A stretch of DNA of 64,000 nt. Origin: Candidatus Omnitrophota bacterium. GTDB lineage: Bacteria > Omnitrophota > Gorgyraeia > Zapsychrales > Zapsychraceae. How positions within the stretch are numbered: position 1 is the first letter of the stretch; each line of letters opens with the position of its first letter. The stretch lies in assembly GCA_020632515.1 (NCBI GenBank), contig JACKFK010000004.1, positions 128,068 through 192,067 of the forward strand, read 5' to 3'. This document shows, in pieces, positions 1 through 10,317 of this stretch. Position numbers and translations under genes: made by a program. The notes beneath the pieces were generated by a model that saw nothing but the letters and a program-made list of their open reading frames with translations, had not been told where the DNA came from and did no database searches.

Positions 1-329
1 GATTTAAGTCGGTGTATTTACCTAAGGCGTTAGTGCATCATCAAATTCGACCGGAACAAATGAGTCAGCAGTGGCTTTATCAACGGGCATTTCGTTACGG
101 CAGAGCAGACACTTTTCACGAAATCCATCCGCATACTGCAATGTTTTTCGGGGCTCCGCGGTACATGTACCGCTTACTGTTGGAGTTTTTAGTGCTGCGC
201 TGGAAAGCAATCTTGGCAAAGAATGAAAGTGAAGCGTTTAATCTAATGATTAAATATTGGATGACAAAAGGGCGCATTTATCAATATCGTTGTCAGCCGA
301 AAAAAGTTAGAGATAAAGACGATGAATAG
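1..329 (+). CDS. C-terminal fragment of an ORF running off the left edge; function unassigned (possibly another EPS-cluster enzyme)
   Basis: Frame is open from position 3 to the stop at 327-329. The stop overlaps the next start (ATGAATAG), suggesting the same operon. No diagnostic motif recognised. Confidence 0.3.
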   Translation, partial: FKSVYLPKALVHHQIRPEQMSQQWLYQRAFRYGRADTFHEIHPHTAMFFGAPRYMYRLLLEFLVLRWKAILAKNESEAFNLMIKYWMTKGRIYQYRCQPKKVRDKDDE

Positions 330-1248
330 TCGAAACATCGACATGAGTATTGTGATTCCGACGTTTAATAATTGTGAGGAATTACGCTATCTTTTAGAAA
401 GTCTGATAGAACAAAAGGGTGTAGATGATCTCAACTATGAAATTATTGTAATTAACAACAATTCGAAAGATCAAACAGTCGAGGTTGTGGAATCATTTAT
501 TCCTCGATTTTCGGGAAAACTTAAAATGGTTTTTGAAGAAAATCAGGGGATTTCTTTTGCGCGCAATCGTGGAGTAAAGGAATCTGCAGGAGAAATAATT
601 GCTTTTACTGATAGTGATTGCGTAGTAGAAGATCATTGGATTAGTGAAATTATTTTAGCCTATAAAAAATATAATGCTGATGCTATTCAGGGGAAAGTAA
701 TACTAGCAACGCCGATACCCCGTGAAATCTGGTATCCAGAAGAATTTATCCAGCAACGATTGGCTCATGTGGACTATGGAGAGAAAGTTATTGTTTTTGA
801 TAAAGAAGATTTAGTCACGGCGAATGCCAGTTTTCGTCGAGAACTGTTTGATAAGTTTGGAGGATTTAGTTCCTCAATCACTTATAAAGCCAGTGAAGAC
901 ACGGAATTCTCGCTGCGGATTGCTAAAACAGGCGTTAAACGAATATATGTTCCATCCATTAAAGTGTTTCATCATTTCGCGTTAGAGCGGCTAGAAGAAG
1001 CAAAATTAATTCGTCAGTCCTACTATTGGGGAAGAGCTGCTATTCTTTCGGATAAAATTGGAACATCCTATGGAAGATATTTTTTGTATTGTTTAAAAAG
1101 ATTAGTGGTTCTTTATGGAACACTTATAAAACATTACATTAAATATGATCACAAGAAAGTCTTTTTTACGAAATGTAAGATCAATACGTATCGTGGGCGC
1201 TGTATACAACTTCTGGCTAATTGTTTTAGGAAAAATAAGAATGGATAA
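322..1248 (+). CDS. Family 2 glycosyltransferase (GT-A fold)
   Basis: N-terminal 'SIVIPTFNN' motif, 'NNNSKDQT', 'TDSDC' DxD-like motif; typical GT2 layout, 308 aa. Confidence 0.8.
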   Translation: MNSRNIDMSIVIPTFNNCEELRYLLESLIEQKGVDDLNYEIIVINNNSKDQTVEVVESFIPRFSGKLKMVFEENQGISFARNRGVKESAGEIIAFTDSDCVVEDHWISEIILAYKKYNADAIQGKVILATPIPREIWYPEEFIQQRLAHVDYGEKVIVFDKEDLVTANASFRRELFDKFGGFSSSITYKASEDTEFSLRIAKTGVKRIYVPSIKVFHHFALERLEEAKLIRQSYYWGRAAILSDKIGTSYGRYFLYCLKRLVVLYGTLIKHYIKYDHKKVFFTKCKINTYRGRCIQLLANCFRKNKNG

Positions 1249-2449
1249 ACAGAGTTTAACAATTTGTCTGATATCAACCGGATTTTACCCGCATGACGGT
1301 GGAGGAATTGGAACTTATAGTTACAATCTTGCTCAGGGGCTTTCAGCCCAAGGGCATAAAGTGATTGTTATTACACAAACAAAAGAAGAAGATACGGTTG
1401 ATCAGATTGGCGCTGTAACAGTCTATCGATTTAAAAGTCGTTACTATCCTCAATTAGAAAAATTAATTCCTGGTTTAGCTTGGAGCCGGTTTGTTGCCCG
1501 ACAAATTGACGAGTTAAATCAGAAATATCATTTTGATGTTATTGAATTTCCTAATTGGGAAGGTGTTGGGTATTGTTATGTCAATAAGAAAAATCGTAAA
1601 CCTGTTGTGATTCGTTTGCACACACCATATTTTGAGACTTTAGCCATTGATCAAGGCAATCATAGGATGAAATTATCGGATAGATTTATTTGTTGGTTGG
1701 AGAAGCAATCATGTCTTAAGAGCGATCGGTTGGTTTCTTCCACAGAATGTCATAAAACAATGATGAAGGAACAGTATCATTTAGACGAGAAAAAGGTAAC
1801 TATCTTACCGTTAGGAATTGGAACAAATTCAAAAAATGTTGGAAGAATAGAAGACAAATCAGAAAAAATCATTAAAATTTTATATGTAAGTCGATTAGAA
1901 CATCGTAAAGGAACAATGGTTTTATTACAATGTATTCCTGAATTGTTGGCTAAACATGCGAATATTGACTTTGTTATTATTGGAAAAGACCGGCCGCACG
2001 CGCCGGATGGACGGTATCATAAAGAATATTTTGAGCAGACCTATGCGCATTGTAAGGGAAAGGTCCTTTTTTTGGGATATGTATCCAATGAGGAGTTAGA
2101 ACAATATTATACCCAGGCTGATATTTTTGTTGTTCCATCGCTTTATGAATCGTTTGGACTGATTTATGTTGAAGCTATGATGAAAGGGAAAGCCGTTATC
2201 GGAACAAAGGCTGGAGGCATTCCTGAGGTAATTAAAGACGGGGAAACGGGAATTCTTGTTCAACCAGAAAGTGTCGAAGATTTATATCGGGCAGTGGAAT
2301 TATTAATTGCGCATGAAGATTTACGGCAGAATTTAGGACGGTTAGCCAAGGTTCATGCAGAAAAAGAATTTAATACGCCGTTAATGGCACAGCGTTCAGC
2401 GGAGCATTATCGTCAAGCCATAAAGGAGTGCCGTTTCCATGAAGGCTAA
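1241..2449 (+). CDS. Family 4 (GT-B) glycosyltransferase
   Basis: 'FYPHDGGGIGTY' N-terminal motif and C-terminal 'ESFGLIYVEAMMKGKAVIGTKAGGIPEVIKDGETGILV' (EX7E region). Start moved from the track's 1145 to ATG 1241, which overlaps the upstream stop (ATGGATAA). Confidence 0.8.
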   Translation: MDKQSLTICLISTGFYPHDGGGIGTYSYNLAQGLSAQGHKVIVITQTKEEDTVDQIGAVTVYRFKSRYYPQLEKLIPGLAWSRFVARQIDELNQKYHFDVIEFPNWEGVGYCYVNKKNRKPVVIRLHTPYFETLAIDQGNHRMKLSDRFICWLEKQSCLKSDRLVSSTECHKTMMKEQYHLDEKKVTILPLGIGTNSKNVGRIEDKSEKIIKILYVSRLEHRKGTMVLLQCIPELLAKHANIDFVIIGKDRPHAPDGRYHKEYFEQTYAHCKGKVLFLGYVSNEELEQYYTQADIFVVPSLYESFGLIYVEAMMKGKAVIGTKAGGIPEVIKDGETGILVQPESVEDLYRAVELLIAHEDLRQNLGRLAKVHAEKEFNTPLMAQRSAEHYRQAIKECRFHEG

Positions 2450-3353
2450 GTTGCCATTAGTCAGTATTATTATTCCGACTTATAATCATGGGCGATTTAT
2501 TTGTGACGCGGTTGATAGCGTGTTAGCGCAGACCTATAACCCTATGGAAATTATTGTTGTTGATGATGGATCAACCGACAATACGCAACAACAATTGAAG
2601 AAATACAGAAACACGATTATTAATATTCATAAAGCCAATCAGGGGTTATCTGCGGCGCGTAATACTGGATTGCAACACGCTAAAGGGAAAATTATTGCCA
2701 TCCTTGATGCGGATGATATGTGGTATCCGCAAAAATTAGACCAGCAAGTTCAGAAAATGTTGAGTAATCAGAATATTGGTCTTGTTGGGTGCGGGCGAAG
2801 TTACGTAGATGAATATGGTGTTTTGACAGGTGGAGCTAAGAAAAAAACATATCGTTCCAAGAGAGAATTTCTAAGTGAGTTATATTTAAAAAACGCTGTT
2901 GGAACTGGCGGTTCAGGCGCGATTATTTTAAAAGATTGTTTTGATAAGGTCGGTGGGTTTGATGAAACTTTACGTTCCGCGGAAGATTGGGATATGTGGT
3001 TACGCGTAAGTGCTGTCTGGGATGTGGATTTTGTCGAGGAGGAATTAGTCAAGATACGGGTTTTGGAAAATAGTATGAGTTCCCCTGCGCATGCGGCGAG
3101 AATGCTGGAAAATGAATTAAAGATGCTTAATAAAAATTTTCATAATGGTGTTATTCCGGTAAATCCTTTATTAAAACGAAAAATTTTAAGTTACCGTTAC
3201 TTTTCAGCTGCAAGGGCATATAAACAAGCGCAGAATCGTCAGGAAGTTAGAAAATTTATGCGCAAGGCTATTGGTGAAAATCCATTGTGTGTTTTTAATA
3301 AAACTGCAATTGCTTTGATTTTATATGGAATGGGAGGATGCGCGCGTGTATAA
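2439..3353 (+). CDS. Family 2 glycosyltransferase
   Basis: 'VSIIIPTYNHGRFI', 'VVDDGSTD', 'LDADD' DxD motif, 'EDWDMWLR'; classic GT2. Confidence 0.85.
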   Translation: MKAKLPLVSIIIPTYNHGRFICDAVDSVLAQTYNPMEIIVVDDGSTDNTQQQLKKYRNTIINIHKANQGLSAARNTGLQHAKGKIIAILDADDMWYPQKLDQQVQKMLSNQNIGLVGCGRSYVDEYGVLTGGAKKKTYRSKREFLSELYLKNAVGTGGSGAIILKDCFDKVGGFDETLRSAEDWDMWLRVSAVWDVDFVEEELVKIRVLENSMSSPAHAARMLENELKMLNKNFHNGVIPVNPLLKRKILSYRYFSAARAYKQAQNRQEVRKFMRKAIGENPLCVFNKTAIALILYGMGGCARV

Positions 3354-4704
3354 GCTGTTTTATCAAAAATTGCTAAATCCTTTCTTTGAAAATATTCTAA
3401 AGAAACGACAGATGCTCAAATACAAGGCCTTTTTAGAAGAAAGTCAATGGTGGCCTAGAGAAAAACTCTTGGAATACCAATGGAATGAACTTACGAAATT
3501 ATTGCATCATTGTCATTATAATGTTCCGTATTGGAAGGAAAAATTTGACCAGTTGAATATTTCCTGGACCGATATCAAATCCTATGAGGATTTTTTAAAA
3601 TTACCGATTACAACAAAGGATGATATCCGAAAGCATAAAGAACGGATGCTCGCGCGAAATTATATAGGAAAAACCTGGAGTAAGCATACCGGAGGTTCCA
3701 CAGGAGAACCCATGGAGTTAGATTATACCCCAGAAAGTTATGACTGGCGGGTCGCAATCTCCAAACGCGGTTATGCCTGGACGGGGTGTGAAGATGGAAT
3801 GAAACAGTTTTATTTGTGGGGAGTTCCTTTGAAAAAACAATCAGCCATTAAGAGGTTGAAAGAAAATATTTATTATCGGATTCATCGTCAACGTTATTTT
3901 AATTGTTATGAATTTGACCATAAGGCCAAACAACGCTGTTTAAAAACGCTTAATGCGTATAAACCTGAAATTATTGTTGGCTATACAAATCCTTTATACG
4001 CATTAGCCAAATTTATCAGCGAAGAGGGTCGCTTAAATTATCAACCTAAAGCCGTAATCTCAGCGGCAGAAAAACTTCATCCTATTCAACGGGAAAAGAT
4101 TAAATCTGTTTTTAATTGCGATGTCTTTGATACTTATGGATGCCGGGAGTTTATGCTTATTGCAGCGGAAGATAAGGAACATGATGGAATGTATTTAAGT
4201 ATGGAAAACCTTTATGTGGAGATTATTAAAGATAATGGTCAACCAGCGCAGCCTGGCGAGAAAGGGCATTTAATTATTACGGATCTTCATAATTATGGTA
4301 TGCCATTTATCCGGTACCGTATCGGTGATATGGCGTTGGCTATGGAACAGACTCCAGCAAAATCTGGTCGTGGACTATTAAAAATTGCTGACGTGGTAGG
4401 GCGTTCACTGGATATGATAACGACGAAAGAGGGAAAGGAAATTCCAGGAGAATTCTTTATTCGAGTTATGAGGGATAAGCGCGGTATAGATAAGTTTCGG
4501 GTGATTCAGGAAAAAGAGGAAGAATTGATTGTGGAGATGATTAAGAATTCTTATTTTGATAATAAGCAGTTTCATGAAATTAAAGAAACAATAGGTCGTA
4601 TGGTAGGTCCTTCAATGCAGGTTGATTATCAGTTTGTCAATCAGTTGCCTTTAACGCAGACCGGAAAATTTCGTGTGACTGTATCAAAGATTCAGAGAGG
4701 GTAA
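3325..4704 (+). CDS. CapK / phenylacetate-CoA ligase (PaaK, F390-synthetase)-like adenylate-forming enzyme
   Basis: 'HTGGSTGEPMEL' AMP-binding-type motif, 'YGCREF', 'RYRIGD', C-terminal 'TGKFR'. This layout is typical of the CapK-like family found in capsule loci. An alternative GTG start at 3346 is possible. Confidence 0.65.
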   Translation: MEWEDARVYKLFYQKLLNPFFENILKKRQMLKYKAFLEESQWWPREKLLEYQWNELTKLLHHCHYNVPYWKEKFDQLNISWTDIKSYEDFLKLPITTKDDIRKHKERMLARNYIGKTWSKHTGGSTGEPMELDYTPESYDWRVAISKRGYAWTGCEDGMKQFYLWGVPLKKQSAIKRLKENIYYRIHRQRYFNCYEFDHKAKQRCLKTLNAYKPEIIVGYTNPLYALAKFISEEGRLNYQPKAVISAAEKLHPIQREKIKSVFNCDVFDTYGCREFMLIAAEDKEHDGMYLSMENLYVEIIKDNGQPAQPGEKGHLIITDLHNYGMPFIRYRIGDMALAMEQTPAKSGRGLLKIADVVGRSLDMITTKEGKEIPGEFFIRVMRDKRGIDKFRVIQEKEEELIVEMIKNSYFDNKQFHEIKETIGRMVGPSMQVDYQFVNQLPLTQTGKFRVTVSKIQRG

Positions 4705-4707
4705 AAA

Positions 4708-5805
4708 ATGAAAATTATACAAGTGGTTAGTTCTTTAGATTTTGGTGGATTGGAAAAAATGGTGATTCAATTAACGGAACGTTTAAATCAAACTGGTTCT
4801 GAGTGCAGTATTGTCTGTCTTGAAAAAGAAGGTGGTTTGGTTAATGAGGCGTTAAGAAAAAATATTCAAGTGGATGTTTTCTCGAAAAAAGATGGATTTG
4901 ACATGGACTTGATATGGAATTTAAAGAAGTATTTCCAACGAGAAGAAGCGGATATCGTTCATACTCATAATTTCGCGCCATTGATTTATGCAAGTACAGC
5001 TGCAAAATTAGCAGGGGTTCCTTGTATGAATACGCGCCATGGAAGGGCTGATAAAAAAGCTCCCTGGATATTTTGGGCGTTAAATAAAAAAATTGCTGCA
5101 GTATCTAATGATGCTAAAGAACAACTTTTGAAAAATAACAGGATTAAATCTGAAAAAGTGAAGGTGGTCTATAACGGAATTGATATACAGTCGATGCGGG
5201 CAGATTTGCAACCTAATGAAAAAGCACAGTTGCGACAATCGCTCGGAATAAAGGCGGATAGCTTTGTAATCGGAAATATAGGACGATTGGTGCGGGAAAA
5301 AGATCAAGCGACTTTATTAAAAGCGTTTCGTAAGATATCGCAGCGGACTAAGAATGTTGAATTGTTAATTGTGGGCGATGGACCGTTAAAATCCAATTTA
5401 CTTAAGCTAGCAAAGGAACTTGATATTCAAGGAAGTGTAAAGTTTGCTGGATTTCGTGAAGATATCGCGCAGATGTTACAGATTATGGATGTTTTTGTTT
5501 TATCGTCCATTATGGAAGGGATTTCTTTAACGGTATTAGAGGCCATGGCTGCTGGTTTGCCGGTGGTGGCAACGAAAGTTGGTGGGAATCCAGAAATTAT
5601 TAGTGAAGGTAAAACAGGTTTTTTGGTTCCGTTAGGTTATCCGGAAAGAATTGAATCAGCTGTCAAACGGATTATGGCTGATCCTCGGTTAGGACGAAGT
5701 TTAGGAGAGGCTGGACGCTTAAGGGTTCAAGAAAATTCTCAGTTGGAACATATGGTAAGCGTTTATCGAGAGATTTATGACGAAATCAAATCAGAAAAAG
5801 GATAA
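4708..5805 (+). CDS. Family 4 (GT-B) glycosyltransferase
   Basis: 'EGISLTVLEAMAAGLPVVATKVGGNPEIISEGKTGFLV' signature; N-terminal 'GGLEKMV'. Confidence 0.8.
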   Translation: MKIIQVVSSLDFGGLEKMVIQLTERLNQTGSECSIVCLEKEGGLVNEALRKNIQVDVFSKKDGFDMDLIWNLKKYFQREEADIVHTHNFAPLIYASTAAKLAGVPCMNTRHGRADKKAPWIFWALNKKIAAVSNDAKEQLLKNNRIKSEKVKVVYNGIDIQSMRADLQPNEKAQLRQSLGIKADSFVIGNIGRLVREKDQATLLKAFRKISQRTKNVELLIVGDGPLKSNLLKLAKELDIQGSVKFAGFREDIAQMLQIMDVFVLSSIMEGISLTVLEAMAAGLPVVATKVGGNPEIISEGKTGFLVPLGYPERIESAVKRIMADPRLGRSLGEAGRLRVQENSQLEHMVSVYREIYDEIKSEKG

Positions 5806-6976
5806 GCCAAAAGTTTTAATTTTTACTAATATTTTTCCTTCGGCGGAAAATCCAAATGTTGGATTTTATGTTTATGAACAAGTGCAGCGTTTACGGGCGG
5901 TGTACGACATAAAAATTATGATGGCAAAGCCATCAGGGGGAAATAAAAAGAAAGATAATTCTAAGGCTAGTGTAAAAGTTTTTGAAGGTATCGAGATTTT
6001 TGAGCCGCAGTATGTTTCATTACCAAAAATTGGTGTATTTTTTAACGGTTATTCGTATTATCGTGCGATAGAAAAAATTGTTGAATTAATTTATAAAGAA
6101 TTTCCCTTTGTCTTAATTATCGCCTATTGGACCTATCCTGATGGATATGCGGCTGTAAAGATTGCGAAAAAATTTCAAGTACCGGTGATTTTACGACCAC
6201 GGGGATCAGATATCAATGTTTATGCAGATAATCCGGTATTAAGATTCTTATTAAAGAGGCCGTTAAAGAAAGCATACAAGATCATTCCTGTAAGCAATCA
6301 TTTGAAAGAGCGTGTTTTACGGTTAGGTATTAATCAGCATAAGATTTGTTCCATTCTTAACGGGATTAATGCGAAAGACTTCTTTGTTATGGATAAGAAT
6401 AAGTGTCGACAAAATTTGGATTTACCTTTAGATCATAAATTAGTTTTATTTGTCGGTAATTTTATAGCAATTAAAGGGATTGAATATTTTATTGAAGCGA
6501 TACGGGTTTTGGATCAGCCTTCGCAGCAAAATTTAAGCTTTATTTTCTTAGGATCAGGGCCTTTAGCTGATAAACTACAAAAGATAGCGCGGGAACTTAA
6601 ATTTATTTCGATTCGTATAATCGGAGATATTGCGCATAATCAGTTACGTGTTTGGATGAATGCAAGTGATTTACTTTGTCTGCCGAGCTTGCACGAAGGC
6701 TGTCCGAATGTAGTGATTGAAAGTCTGGCCTGTGGGTTGCCAGTTGTCGCCTCAAATGTTGGGGGAATCCCTGAGTTAATTAACAATGATGAATTAGGAA
6801 TTTTGGTACCAGCCAAAGATGAACGTTCTTTAGCTGATGCGATTGAAAAAGGATTGATTAAAAAATGGAATCAAGATTATTTGCTTAACCGTGTAAAAAA
6901 CTTTAGCTGGGATAATGTGGTTGAGAAATTACAGAAGGAATGTGATTTAGCCATTTCTTCTGCGAAGAAGGATTGA
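5777..6976 (+). CDS. Family 4 (GT-B) glycosyltransferase
   Basis: 'HEGCPNVVIESLACGLPVVASNVGGIPELINNDELGILV' signature; overlaps the previous gene by 29 nt. Confidence 0.7.
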   Translation: MTKSNQKKDKPKVLIFTNIFPSAENPNVGFYVYEQVQRLRAVYDIKIMMAKPSGGNKKKDNSKASVKVFEGIEIFEPQYVSLPKIGVFFNGYSYYRAIEKIVELIYKEFPFVLIIAYWTYPDGYAAVKIAKKFQVPVILRPRGSDINVYADNPVLRFLLKRPLKKAYKIIPVSNHLKERVLRLGINQHKICSILNGINAKDFFVMDKNKCRQNLDLPLDHKLVLFVGNFIAIKGIEYFIEAIRVLDQPSQQNLSFIFLGSGPLADKLQKIARELKFISIRIIGDIAHNQLRVWMNASDLLCLPSLHEGCPNVVIESLACGLPVVASNVGGIPELINNDELGILVPAKDERSLADAIEKGLIKKWNQDYLLNRVKNFSWDNVVEKLQKECDLAISSAKKD

Positions 6977-6978
6977 AA

Positions 6979-9078
6979 ATGAGTAAAAAAACGATATTAG
7001 TTACAGGGGCTGCTGGTTTTGTTGGTCGGCATTTGCTTAAACATCTTCAGAGTCGGGATTATGATATTGTAGCTATGGTAAGAGAGAATACGGACGTAGC
7101 TTTTCTTGAGCAAATGGGGATTCGGTATATAAAAGCGGATTTACGCGTCAAGGAAAGTTTATATCCTTTATTCGATAAAGTGGATCATGTCGTTCATTTA
7201 GCGACGACCATGAAAGGACCATGGGAAGAATATGAAGAATCTACTGTTAACGGTACACGACGTTTGCTTGAAATCACCAAAGAAAAAGGAATTCAAGGTT
7301 TTACCTTTATTAGTTCTATCGCGGTTTATGATGTTTTTTCTGCTGATAACGGGGTTTTGACAGAGGGTTCTAAAATTAATGACAATAATTTATCGATGTA
7401 TGAAAAATCAAAAATTCAAGCCGAAGCTCAGGTTCAATCTTTTATTCATGACGGGTTGGCGGGTGTAATTTTAAGATGCGGGGTTATTTATGGTCCTGGC
7501 GGAGCCCTTTTTCCTCCACGGCTTGGGTTCGCCTCGGGGAAAAATAAATATTTAACGATCGGCAGTGGGCTTAATCGGATTCCGTTTGTTTACGTTGAGA
7601 ATTTAGTGGAAGCCATTCGACTAACGATAGAAAATCCATCGAGTCATGGTGAAACATTCAACATTGTTGACGATCAAGACATCGCGCAGTTGGAATATTT
7701 GAATATGGTTAAGACCCATGTCAATCCATCGCTTAAAGTTTGCAAGATACCGTATGGTGTTTGGTTAACATTTAGTCAATGTGTTGGGGTTTTATTAAAA
7801 CTTCTTAAACGGCCGTCACCGTTACGCAAAGTTTATCTTTATCAATGCCGGCAACAGCTAACGTATTCAAATCGGAAGGCTAAAAATAAACTGGGATGGA
7901 AACCATCACAGAATAGCCAATCCGCAATGCTAACAACGATGAAGTGGTTTAAGGATCAACAGACACATCATCGGATTGTTGATCCTAAGTTGGCCCGAAA
8001 AACAGTTCTTTTAAAGAAACCGCAGAATGTCGCATTGATTGGTTGTGGAGTTATCGCGAAAACGCATTTACAGATTTTAAACCGTATTGACGGTGTTAAC
8101 GTGGTTGGTTTATTTGATCAGAACATTCAGGCTGCGGAAGCATTAGTGAAGGAATTCGGGAGGGGGAAAGCGTATGCGTCATTGGATGATCTTTTGAATA
8201 ATGAAAAGATTGATGTGGTGCATATTTTAACGCCACCACAATCCCGTAAAGAAATCGCGCAGAAATGCGCGCAAAAAGGGTGTCATCTTTTTTTAGAAAA
8301 ACCCATGGCGATGGATAGTCATGATGCGAAGGCTATTTTGGCCGCGGCGAACGAATTTAATGTTAAGCTTTGCGTTGGTCATAATCATTTATTTGATCCT
8401 CCAATGATTAAAGCTCGTCAGCTAATAATTGATGGAGAAGTTGGAAAAATTCTTTCGGTTGAAAGCTGGTATGGATTTAACCTTGGCGCGAATTTAACTT
8501 CACGCTATATGGTGCCAGGCGCGGAGAACCATTGGTCGATGCAATTGCCAGGCCAATTGTATCAGAATTTAATTTCACATCCATTATCCGTGTTGAGTGA
8601 CTGTATGGGACGTCCGCAAGAGATTTATGCTCAGACGGTTTCTGCTAATGTGGTCAAGTGCATGAAAAGTGATGAGTTAAAAGTTATGTTAAAGTCTGAC
8701 CATACTGTCGGCAATTTAACAGTATCATTAGCTGTTAATCCGCGGTATCAATTATTGAATATTTATGGAACGAATATGTGTTTGTATGTTGATTTTCTCA
8801 ATAAAACCATGATTAAACACGCGACACCTAAAGGCATTCCCAAAGCAATTTCCCGAGCACTGATGAGTATTGTCGCAGGGTGGGTCTTAATTACATCGAC
8901 ACTGCGCAATGTATTTAAAGTTTTAACAAAGACTTTTACCTACTTTGATGGTACAGAAATTTTAATTAAGGAATTTTATCGACGATTAGAAGACGGTGGG
9001 CCAATGCCGGTTAGTGGTGAGGAAGGTGTTGAGTCGATGGAAATTATGGATGAGATTTGGAGTCAGATTAATATTTGA
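6979..9078 (+). CDS. Fusion protein: N-terminal NAD-dependent sugar epimerase/dehydratase (extended SDR) + C-terminal Gfo/Idh/MocA-family oxidoreductase
   Basis: N-terminal half: 'ILVTGAAGFVGRHL' Rossmann motif and 'YEKSK' YxxxK catalytic motif. C-terminal half, from about aa 345: 'VALIGCGVIAKTHL' second Rossmann motif and 'LFLEKPMA' (the EKP motif of Gfo/Idh/MocA). ATG 6979 is preferred over TTG 6973. Confidence 0.7.
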   Translation: MSKKTILVTGAAGFVGRHLLKHLQSRDYDIVAMVRENTDVAFLEQMGIRYIKADLRVKESLYPLFDKVDHVVHLATTMKGPWEEYEESTVNGTRRLLEITKEKGIQGFTFISSIAVYDVFSADNGVLTEGSKINDNNLSMYEKSKIQAEAQVQSFIHDGLAGVILRCGVIYGPGGALFPPRLGFASGKNKYLTIGSGLNRIPFVYVENLVEAIRLTIENPSSHGETFNIVDDQDIAQLEYLNMVKTHVNPSLKVCKIPYGVWLTFSQCVGVLLKLLKRPSPLRKVYLYQCRQQLTYSNRKAKNKLGWKPSQNSQSAMLTTMKWFKDQQTHHRIVDPKLARKTVLLKKPQNVALIGCGVIAKTHLQILNRIDGVNVVGLFDQNIQAAEALVKEFGRGKAYASLDDLLNNEKIDVVHILTPPQSRKEIAQKCAQKGCHLFLEKPMAMDSHDAKAILAAANEFNVKLCVGHNHLFDPPMIKARQLIIDGEVGKILSVESWYGFNLGANLTSRYMVPGAENHWSMQLPGQLYQNLISHPLSVLSDCMGRPQEIYAQTVSANVVKCMKSDELKVMLKSDHTVGNLTVSLAVNPRYQLLNIYGTNMCLYVDFLNKTMIKHATPKGIPKAISRALMSIVAGWVLITSTLRNVFKVLTKTFTYFDGTEILIKEFYRRLEDGGPMPVSGEEGVESMEIMDEIWSQINI

Positions 9079-9084
9079 AAGGTT

Positions 9085-10275
9085 TTGGTTTTAAGGATTA
9101 TTAAATTGAATATTTTATATCACCATCGCACACATGGAACAGGGGCTGAAGGCGTACACATTGCGTATATAATAAAAGGTCTTCGCGATTTAGGTCATAA
9201 GGTTGATGTGATTTCACCGAACAATATTGATCCGACTCTGACTGCGGGGAACAATCCGTTTGCAGCCGACGGTAAACATAAAAAAAACCGATTTTTACTG
9301 CTAAGCCGTAAATTGCCGCAGATTTTTTTTGAATGGATGGAGATAGGATATAACTTTGTTCTCTTTTTTAAATTATGGCATCAATTGAAAAAAGAATCAT
9401 ATCAATTGATTTATGAACGTCAGGCTTTTTTTTGTTTTGTCGGTGCGTTAAAGGCTAAAAAGTGTAATGTGCCTTTTATTGTGGAAGTTAATGAAGTGGC
9501 AGGGGAGAAAAGAGTAAGAAAGCAGATTTGTGTTGGCTTGGCAAAACGAATCGAGAAATATGTCTTTTCAAAAGCTGACGCGATTATTGTTGTTTCGGAA
9601 TTTCTGAAGAAGAAGATTATTGAATTGGGAATACCGTCAGATAAAATTCATGTAATTCCCAACGGGGTAGATGAGCAGTTATTTAATCCGCAAATTAACG
9701 CAAAGTCAGTTCGTGAAAAATATAATATAAGTGAAGACATGGTGGTTATCGGATTTATCGGTTGGTTCGTACAGTGGCATCAGTTAGACCGTTTGATTGA
9801 TGTATTTGCGCAATTAGCATCAACAAGAGATATCAGGCTGATGTTAGTTGGTGATGGAGATTTAAAAGAGTCGTTAGCTCAAGTAGCAAAAGAAAAAGGG
9901 ATGCTTGATAAATTGATTTTTTCTGGAGCTATAAAATATCAATCAATCCCGGCATATATTCAAGCGATGGATATTTGTGTGATTCCAGCGTCGAATGAGT
10001 ATCGCTCGCCAATTAAATTATTCGAATATATGGCCATGGCTAAGCCCACTGTAGCGCCGCGTTTTCAAGCTATTGAATCTGTTGTGGGTGAAAATGAATA
10101 TGGACTGTTATTTAACGGGGAAGAAGCAGAGGATTTAAAAAATAAACTGGAAGAATTAATCGAAAATAAACAAAGGCGGCAAGAGCTGGGTATGAAGGCG
10201 CGTCAGCATATTGAACAGAATTTTCTTTGGAGGCATAATGCTGAAAAAGTTTTGAATATCTATAAAAATATTTGA
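9085..10275 (+). CDS. Family 4 (GT-B) glycosyltransferase
   Basis: 'HRTHGTGAEGVHI' N-terminus and 'SPIKLFEYMAMAKPTVAP' EX7E-like region. TTG start at 9085 (no nearby ATG). Confidence 0.7.
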   Translation: MVLRIIKLNILYHHRTHGTGAEGVHIAYIIKGLRDLGHKVDVISPNNIDPTLTAGNNPFAADGKHKKNRFLLLSRKLPQIFFEWMEIGYNFVLFFKLWHQLKKESYQLIYERQAFFCFVGALKAKKCNVPFIVEVNEVAGEKRVRKQICVGLAKRIEKYVFSKADAIIVVSEFLKKKIIELGIPSDKIHVIPNGVDEQLFNPQINAKSVREKYNISEDMVVIGFIGWFVQWHQLDRLIDVFAQLASTRDIRLMLVGDGDLKESLAQVAKEKGMLDKLIFSGAIKYQSIPAYIQAMDICVIPASNEYRSPIKLFEYMAMAKPTVAPRFQAIESVVGENEYGLLFNGEEAEDLKNKLEELIENKQRRQELGMKARQHIEQNFLWRHNAEKVLNIYKNI

Positions 10276-10317
10276 TGATGAAGGGTATGAGTAATAAGTA
10301 AGGAGAAAGCCGATATT

